Shown here one piece after another: positions 27,455 to 33,333 of a stretch of 33,333 bases of DNA. This DNA is from a bacterium. GTDB lineage: Bacteria > Electryoneota > Electryoneia > Electryoneales > Electryoneaceae. Where the stretch lies: NCBI GenBank assembly GCA_043801585.1, contig JAZDLX010000075.1, forward strand, positions 1 through 33,333, given 5' to 3'. Numbering within the stretch: position 1 is the first letter of the stretch; each line of letters opens with the position of its first letter. The position numbers were made by a program, and so were the translations under genes. The notes under the pieces were generated by a model, which saw nothing but the letters and a program-made list of their open reading frames with translations, searched no databases and was not told the DNA's origin.

Positions 27455-27646
27455 GGCGTTTCTCCCGTCAGCACTCTGTTTTTCTTGTTTTTCTACTGTT
27501 CAGTTTAACGTACGCGAAAATGTTATACTGGAGCAAGGAGACATACACAGGGGATCAACTGGCCGCCGGTTGAATGGCCCTCTCCTACTTGAGTACCTTG
27601 TTTTAAATAGTCCGTCTCCCCTTGAAATTTTCCCTTCAGTAACGGA

Positions 27647-28042
27647 ATGAAGAAGGCGATGAAAGTAAGTGACAAATATCGAATTGTATTGATTGTCGAT
27701 GACGATCCCGATATGAGGGAAATCCTCCAGACAGCGTTAGGCGGTCTTGGTTTTACAACGTACGTCGCCGATGATGGAGATGTCGCACTTGACCTGTTCC
27801 ACAAACATCGACCAGCGCTTGTAGTGTCGGATATTTTTATGCCCCGGTTCGACGGCGTGAGACTGTTGAAGGAAATCAAAAAGGTTTCCAGGGATACACC
27901 CGTTATTCTGATCACCGGCTATTCCCATCTGGACAAGCAGCAGGAAGAGGACTCGTGTGCATTCAAACCGGACGCGTTATTGCGTAAACCATTCAACCTT
28001 AGCGAACTCGTTGAGGCGATCCATACGATTATGAACGATTGA
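27647..28042 (+). CDS. Single-domain response regulator (CheY-like receiver)
   Basis: IVDDD, VVSDIFMP..DG, ILITG, LRKPF. Alternative start at 27659. Confidence 0.92.
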   Translation: MKKAMKVSDKYRIVLIVDDDPDMREILQTALGGLGFTTYVADDGDVALDLFHKHRPALVVSDIFMPRFDGVRLLKEIKKVSRDTPVILITGYSHLDKQQEEDSCAFKPDALLRKPFNLSELVEAIHTIMND

Positions 28043-28065
28043 CGCACTCCGTTTCCCGGAATGGA

Positions 28066-28087
28066 AAACCCGCCAGACGGCGGGTTT
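28066..28087. terminator. Probable bidirectional terminator between convergent genes
   Basis: AAACCCGCC-AGAC-GGCGGGTTT. Confidence 0.7.
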
Positions 28088-28109
28088 GTTGTAGCGGTGA
28101 GACACATTT

Positions 28110-28541
28110 TCACATGCTTCGAAGCAGACGGCCGAGGGAGAGAAGGTCATCCTCGAGTTTCACAAGAGCCGTTGTCGGATCGTTAAAGTAATCGTCACCG
28201 GTCATGACGTTGCTCGCCGGTTCACGCGATCCTGTCACATAATGGTAGTAGCTAAGGGGACGCAGGCGCGCACGGCTGACGACGGAATCGCGTGTAAATC
28301 CCTTCCCTTCCTTTTCACGGCCTGCATCGATAACCCGCTCGATCAGGGTTTCGGATGCAACGTCAAAACCCTCGACTCGAGCTTTCCAGGTTTCACGGTC
28401 CGTTCGATGAACAGGAAGCAATTCTTTTAAACGGGCGAGTAGATGATCCGCAGGAGCCTCGCTCTCAACAAAATGATGTACCGCATTGCGTATCTTTTCC
28501 GCCAGTGCTTCATCGATGAAGGTCAGGCCAGTTTTTGCCAT
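28110..28541 (-). CDS. Hypothetical protein with a possible degenerate XRE/Cro-C1 helix-turn-helix
   Basis: Strong RBS GGGAGGTG. TRDSVVSRARLRPLSYYHYVTGSREP matches XRE HTH spacing. Confidence 0.7.
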   Translation of the reverse strand: MAKTGLTFIDEALAEKIRNAVHHFVESEAPADHLLARLKELLPVHRTDRETWKARVEGFDVASETLIERVIDAGREKEGKGFTRDSVVSRARLRPLSYYHYVTGSREPASNVMTGDDYFNDPTTALVKLEDDLLSLGRLLRSM

Positions 28542-28621
28542 TCACACCTCCCATGAGACGTTTCCGCCTCTCCCCCTTCTTCACGTTGAAATATAGTCCG
28601 GTACAAGGATTCCTAACAACG

Positions 28622-30010
28622 TTAATTCCCAGCATTTACAACATCCGACACAAGAAGGCGGGTCAGCTCGCCGAGATCACGAACGTTTTCCAGGTTGTAA
28701 ACCGTCTGCTTCACTTCCTCGCGGCGCGCAGCACTCAATACGTTCTCCGCCAGGCTGTTGAATTTCGCGTCCAGAGCGTGCGCGGGGATCGGGTGACGGG
28801 GGTCGCCCATCGGATATTCCACATACTTCACATGAGTTTGGCCGTCCACCGTTACGATGGTCACTTCGTTGGGCTGCTTAGCCGGGAAAAGCTTTTCGTA
28901 GCCGGATTCCGCCGTCACTTTCAGCTTCCTGAGCTGAGCACGGATCGTGGGATCGAAGATCTTCTCCTCGCTGAAACTCGAGGGGGTGATCGCCCGATCC
29001 ACAACGGCCACCGCCATGCAGTAGGGCAGGCTGTGGTCGGCGGACTCGCGGGTCCGCGGATCGTACTTGCTCGGATCGCTGAGGATGTCCGCCGCCCGGG
29101 CGATGGTTTTCAGGCGGATCTCCTTGATGTCATTAGGCTTGATGTCGTATTCGGTAACCAACTCGATGGCGGCGGTCAACGGAGCATGAGTCAACGCTTC
29201 CGTAGGGAACGCCTTGAGGCTGCACTGAGGGATGCGCCAGCTCCTGCCGAGTCCCTCCACCAGGATCTCGCCCCTCCACTCGGGTCCGAAAGCCTGGAAT
29301 AACCCCTCCTTGCCCTCGATGACGTGCTCCGGGCCTTCGTAACCCCGCGCCGCCAGTTCCGCCGCGAAAACTCCCGACTGGGTGGCGAGAGGGTCCGCGG
29401 TGTTCTTCATCATCGTCAGATGCCCGGCGGTGATCGCGCCAAAAGTGGCGTGACGGCTTCCCGAGATGCCGATGGCGTGAGCGATTTGCTCGCCTGTCAG
29501 TCCCATCATCCGGCCCGCGGCGACCGGAGCGGCGAAGGCTGTCAGCGTGGCGTGGTGCCATTTCCGTTCACGGATACCCGGAAACCCCACTTCGCACAGG
29601 CGCATTTCGATCTCGTGGCCGATGGCGATGGCCAGCAGCAGGTCCTTGCCCGACTTGCCCATCCGCTCGCCCAGGGCCAGGGGTCCGGGGATGATGTCGC
29701 TGGGGTGGCTGGGGTCCTGCTTCCAGTAGATGTCGTTGTAGTCGAGGGCACGGACCATCAGGGCGTTCAGCAATGCGGCTTCCACGGCGGGGAGTTTCCT
29801 GCCCGACCCGATCACCGTCGCCTCCGCCGTCCCCCCCTTCTCCTCCAACCAGGTGCGCATGATGCCGACGTCATGGGTGCCGAACCCGCCCAAAGCGCAG
29901 CCGAGGGAGTCGTAGAGGATTGTTTTCGCCGCCTGTACAGCCTCTGATGACAAATCATCGTAGGACGTGTTCGCAGCCCACTGGGCAATCTGCTGCGACA
30001 GTGTCGCCAT
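28622..30010 (-). CDS. prpD: MmgE/PrpD family protein (2-methylcitrate dehydratase-like)
   Basis: ATG 30010 follows AGGAG; DSLGCALGG, VRALDYNDIY, SHPSD, WHHAT, RESADHSLPY, PMGDPRHP. Confidence 0.85.
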   Translation of the reverse strand: MATLSQQIAQWAANTSYDDLSSEAVQAAKTILYDSLGCALGGFGTHDVGIMRTWLEEKGGTAEATVIGSGRKLPAVEAALLNALMVRALDYNDIYWKQDPSHPSDIIPGPLALGERMGKSGKDLLLAIAIGHEIEMRLCEVGFPGIRERKWHHATLTAFAAPVAAGRMMGLTGEQIAHAIGISGSRHATFGAITAGHLTMMKNTADPLATQSGVFAAELAARGYEGPEHVIEGKEGLFQAFGPEWRGEILVEGLGRSWRIPQCSLKAFPTEALTHAPLTAAIELVTEYDIKPNDIKEIRLKTIARAADILSDPSKYDPRTRESADHSLPYCMAVAVVDRAITPSSFSEEKIFDPTIRAQLRKLKVTAESGYEKLFPAKQPNEVTIVTVDGQTHVKYVEYPMGDPRHPIPAHALDAKFNSLAENVLSAARREEVKQTVYNLENVRDLGELTRLLVSDVVNAGN

Positions 30011-30023
30011 GTTTTTCTCCTGC

Positions 30024-30158
30024 AGTTTCCAGACAGAATAATCCAAGAATAATCCAGACAGTTTAGGTATTCTTTGGAATAATCCAGACAGTTTAGATAT
30101 GCTTTATCTTTAAACTGTCTGGATTATTCAGTCTGGGGTTATTCAGTCTGGATTATTC
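30024..30158. repeat. Tandem-plus-inverted GAATAATCCAGACAG array (expanded member of the CCAGACAGT family)
   Basis: GAATAATCCAGACAGTTTAG at 30047-30066 and 30077-30096; inverted 19-mer at 30111-30129; partial units at 30024-30045, 30130-30144 and 30145-30158. Confidence 0.9.
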
Positions 30159-30332
30159 CATTGCAAATGTGTGCGGGAACGTAGTCAGGACAGGCGGAGC
30201 CGTCAAGCCGCTCGGAGACAGCGGAATCGCTGAGCCTGGGGTCCGGCGCCATGGGGAGGTGCTATGGCTTCTCTGTGGGGTAAGAAGAACTGTTGGCCCT
30301 GTTGGCTCGCCAAACAGGGTCTAATTGTTTTG

Positions 30333-30820
30333 TGAAACCCGGGACTGAAGTCCCGGGCCACCCGACGGCGAAGCCGCTTGAGCCACCCAGTTGCAACTAC
30401 TGTGGCTTTGTTATCCCCTGGCTTGACCGGGGGGGATCCAGTGTTATTCAATTCCCTCTGGATTGCCCGGTCAAGCCGGGCAATGACAATGAGAATGCCA
30501 TTAGTGTGTGACCCTGTCGGTTTAACTGACAGGGTTTACTTGTTCTTATTGACAGAAACCCGATCAGTCGGATGACTGATCGGGTCACTCGGTCGCACAT
30601 CTACATAAAAGTATGTCATTGCGGGGAATCCGTCAGCCGACGGATGACAAAGCAATCTCGATGTTTACACATGAAACCCGGGAATGATCAGCCTTCTCCC
30701 CACGCTTCGGGATTCGGCGGACAAGCGGCCCGGGCCACCCTTCGGGCTTCTCATTATAAAGACCCGACCCTGAAGAGTATGGCAACACTCCCTGGATTCC
30801 CGCTTTCGCGGGAATGACAC
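30333..30820. repeat. Mosaic of at least six REP-like palindromic units from several families
   Basis: 30333-30362 (CCCGGG..CCCGGGCCACC); 30410-30487 (GGCTTGACCGG/CCGGTCAAGCC doublet); 30508-30588 (GTGACCC..GGGTCAC doublet); 30615-30659 (GTCATTGCG..GCAATCTC); 30672-30739 (filled unit); 30792-30820 (dRS3-like). Confidence 0.8.
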
Positions 30821-30848
30821 AATGGGGTCATGTCGAAATTAGACTTCG

Positions 30849-31964
30849 CTACTTGCTTTGATTGGGTGGAAGAAGCCAGGACGAACCTTCGAGCAGAGTG
30901 CGGAATACGGTGTCCGGGATTGCCTCGCGCCGGAGGGCGACGCGAAGGCTGTCGATGGGTTCGACCTGACCGTCGTCGGCGAGGGGAAACGTTCCGAAAT
31001 GGATGCCGAGGGACCGTTGTGAATCGAGAATCTCGTGCGCCTTCACCGCTTCCGCCGGACTGAGGTGTACCGGCCCCATGAACCATTTCGGCAGGAAGGC
31101 GCCGATGGGCAGCATGCTCAGCCGCATCGGACCAAACACGTTGTGGATGTCCTCGAAAAGCGTTCCGAAGCCGGTGTCTCCGGCGAAATAGACCGGACCG
31201 CTTCCGGTTTCGATGACAAAGCCTCCCCACAATGCACGGTTGCGATCCCACATTCCCCTCGAAGAAAAATGCTGCGCCGGGATGAAATTGAAACGGGTGC
31301 CTTTGATCGTGACACGGTCCCACCAGTCCAGCTCCACCCCGCCGGTAATGCCCACCTTTTTCAGGATGTTATCCGTCCCGAGCCCCGCCAGAATCACCGG
31401 GGAATCGCGTTTGACAAGAAGTTTAAGTGTGGCTTCATCCAAATGGTCGAAGTGATTGTGGCTGATCAGGACAACGTCGATCTTTGGCAGGTCCTCGAAA
31501 CGGATGCCGGGATCACGGTACCGTTTCGGTCCCGTCCACTGCACCGGAGAGCAGCGCTGCGACCAGATCGGATCAGTAAGGATGTTGACCCCGTTTGTCT
31601 GGAGCAGGAACGTCGAGTGGTTGATAAAGGTCACGAGCAGGGTATCGCCTTCGACCCTCGGCGGTGGAGGTGGCCCCGGTTCGCTGGGAATCCAATACCA
31701 CGGTTCGCGATTTCCTCGCGAGGAGACCCAACGCAGAAAGGCAAAGAAATTACCGTGCGGTTCCGAACCGGGGTTGAAAAAGGCGCCACCTTTTTGGTGC
31801 GCGATATCCGGTGCGCCGGGAATGTGCTCGACGGTCTGTGCGAATGCGGGGACGACAATCAGCGTCAGCAAAGAGAGAATCAGGAAAGCGAGCCGAAACG
31901 CGGCGTTGCCGTATCGTCTCCGTGTGTCTATTTTTACCTTCATCAAGGATGGCCTTCCGGTCAT
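30849..31964 (-). CDS. Secreted MBL-fold metallo-hydrolase (RomA/NAPE-PLD-like)
   Basis: INHSTFL, LTDPIWS, ISHNHFDHLD, PAQHFSSRG, YFAGDTG, LPIGAFLP, IHFGTF; signal peptide ending AFA. Alternative start at 31943. Confidence 0.9.
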   Translation of the reverse strand: MTGRPSLMKVKIDTRRRYGNAAFRLAFLILSLLTLIVVPAFAQTVEHIPGAPDIAHQKGGAFFNPGSEPHGNFFAFLRWVSSRGNREPWYWIPSEPGPPPPPRVEGDTLLVTFINHSTFLLQTNGVNILTDPIWSQRCSPVQWTGPKRYRDPGIRFEDLPKIDVVLISHNHFDHLDEATLKLLVKRDSPVILAGLGTDNILKKVGITGGVELDWWDRVTIKGTRFNFIPAQHFSSRGMWDRNRALWGGFVIETGSGPVYFAGDTGFGTLFEDIHNVFGPMRLSMLPIGAFLPKWFMGPVHLSPAEAVKAHEILDSQRSLGIHFGTFPLADDGQVEPIDSLRVALRREAIPDTVFRTLLEGSSWLLPPNQSK

Positions 31965-32065
31965 TCAAACTTTCTGATGATACGAACCTACAGGCAAAAC
32001 GGTTTCCCCGTCCAGCGCCAAAGCCGCGCCGGAGGAGACTGAACGTGTGAACTGGGAGTGATTCG

Positions 32066-32512
32066 ATGAGCGCCTACATCTGCACACGAGACGGCTACAA
32101 AGTGAGCGATGAACGGAACCTCCTGGACATCGACGTCATTCATGGATTCATCACCTGCTCCTACTGGGCAACGGGGATTAAACGTGAACGGATGCAACGG
32201 GCGATGGACAACTCGTTCTGCTTCGGGCTCTACGAAGGTGAGACCCAGATCGGCTTTGCGCGGGTGCTCAGCGACCTCTCCGCCATCGCCTACCTGATGG
32301 ACGTGTTCGTGCTGGAGGAATACCGCGGCAACGGGCTCGGGAAGTGGCTGGTGCAGTGTGTGATGGAATATCCGGCCTTCGAACCGGTGCGCCGCTGGGT
32401 GTTGGCGACCCATGACGCCCATTCCCTTTATGAGAAATTCGGCTTCGGCCTTTATGCACCTGCAGACAACCTGATGATGAAATACGACCCGGACAAATAC
32501 ACGAAGGACTGA
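32066..32512 (+). CDS. GNAT family N-acetyltransferase
   Basis: SYWATG, QIGFARVLSD, YLMDVFVLEEYRGNGLGK, LATHDAHSLYEKFGF. Confidence 0.93.
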   Translation: MSAYICTRDGYKVSDERNLLDIDVIHGFITCSYWATGIKRERMQRAMDNSFCFGLYEGETQIGFARVLSDLSAIAYLMDVFVLEEYRGNGLGKWLVQCVMEYPAFEPVRRWVLATHDAHSLYEKFGFGLYAPADNLMMKYDPDKYTKD

Positions 32513-32514
32513 GG

Positions 32515-33261
32515 ATGAGTGTGGAGATCCCGGCGACCGTGCTCAAGGCCATGGGCATCACCCAGGAGATGGCTCCTTACCTCCCGACGCTGCTCCAGGA
32601 CCTGGAGACTCTCGGCCCTCCTCTCGCCGCGCTTTTGGACCTGCTCGAAGGGACGCACCTCGCGCGCGAATCGCGTCTCCTGGATCTCGCATGTGGCCGG
32701 GGCGACCACACTCTCGCTGCGGTTCAACGGTTTGGATGCTCTGCACTTGGTGTAGACGGTTTTCCTCCTTTCGTCGAGATCGCAAATCGCCGTGCCAGAG
32801 ACCTTGATCTCTCCAACCGCTGCCGTTTCCTCGTGGATGACCTTTTAAATCCGGATCATGATTGGGGGAAAGCTGATATCACCCTTTTCCTCTCGGTGGG
32901 TTTGATCTGGGGTGACTGGTTGTCGACCCTCCGCGCTCTTCGCACCACGCTGGCTCCTGGCGGATGCCTCGTGGTCGAGAAATGGACTTCTCCATCGGAC
33001 ACTATGCCGGGGGATTTGTACGCTGCGGCCAGCGATCTAGGGTTTATCGAGGAGGCCACCTGGTACATGGAGCCGGATGACTTTAAAGTGGACTGCTGGG
33101 AACAGGTCCGAAAGATCGAGAGACGCGTCCGGCAGCTCGCCAACCAGCAGCCCGACCTGGCCCATCTGTTTGAACGCTATTTGTCAGATATGCGTACGGA
33201 ATACGCCACTTACGTCAACTGGTCGCTCGGGATGTGGCGGCTACGCCTATCGGAAAAATAA
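32515..33261 (+). CDS. Class I SAM-dependent methyltransferase
   Basis: LLDLACGRG, LGVD, LAPGGCLVV; starts 2 nt after the GNAT stop. Confidence 0.88.
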   Translation: MSVEIPATVLKAMGITQEMAPYLPTLLQDLETLGPPLAALLDLLEGTHLARESRLLDLACGRGDHTLAAVQRFGCSALGVDGFPPFVEIANRRARDLDLSNRCRFLVDDLLNPDHDWGKADITLFLSVGLIWGDWLSTLRALRTTLAPGGCLVVEKWTSPSDTMPGDLYAAASDLGFIEEATWYMEPDDFKVDCWEQVRKIERRVRQLANQQPDLAHLFERYLSDMRTEYATYVNWSLGMWRLRLSEK

Positions 33262-33333
33262 CCCGTCATCCCTCTGCACCCACGCTCAGGCTGAGTGGTC
33301 ACATGACAAGTGCGCCGTTGGGACAGCACAAAT

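Noticed and set aside
30047..30129. CRISPR-like reading of the 20-bp direct repeats
   Set aside because: Only two direct copies with a 10-bp spacer, followed by inverted copies; no cas genes in the window.
30203..30817. Several 60-82 aa ORFs
   Set aside because: They run through the REP mosaic and lack coding features.
31035..32042. 335-aa plus-strand ORF
   Set aside because: Antisense shadow of the MBL hydrolase.

Overview
A 33.3-kb chromosomal segment of a moderately GC-rich, probably diderm bacterium (Lgt, lipoproteins and a GT9 are present). It holds about 28 protein-coding genes. I recognised no rRNA, tRNA, CRISPR array, integrase or transposase. Content in order: a TPR+TlpA/redoxin lipoprotein (cut by the left edge and missing from the ORF track), a BNR-type beta-propeller lipoprotein, an antiporter-EIIA-rsmI-lipid kinase run, a divergent PseG/SpsG-like GT-B protein, fabL-lgt-ctpA, a CBS protein, two Pro/Gly-rich hypotheticals, etfBA, an orphan HpnE-like FAD oxidoreductase, and a mixed-orientation surface-glycan locus (two GT4, a Wzx flippase, GT9, a sugar C-methyltransferase-like protein, AsnB). 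It ends with a single-domain response regulator, an HTH-like hypothetical, an MmgE/PrpD protein, an MBL hydrolase, a GNAT and a SAM methyltransferase. The most unusual signal is intergenic. Several families of REP/REPIN-like palindromes are present, and three of them occur in both 'empty' and 'filled' form. In the filled copies a 20-40 bp micro-hairpin ending in GGACA(A/G)G sits in the host's apical loop. Other notable items: a candidate ~100-nt RNA with an anti-Shine-Dalgarno loop, a CCAGACAGT palindrome family expanded into an array beside the prpD RBS, a ~145-bp duplication of a gene 3' end, and a lipoprotein gene with a steep internal GC drop. All product calls come from recognising motifs by eye; no searches were run.
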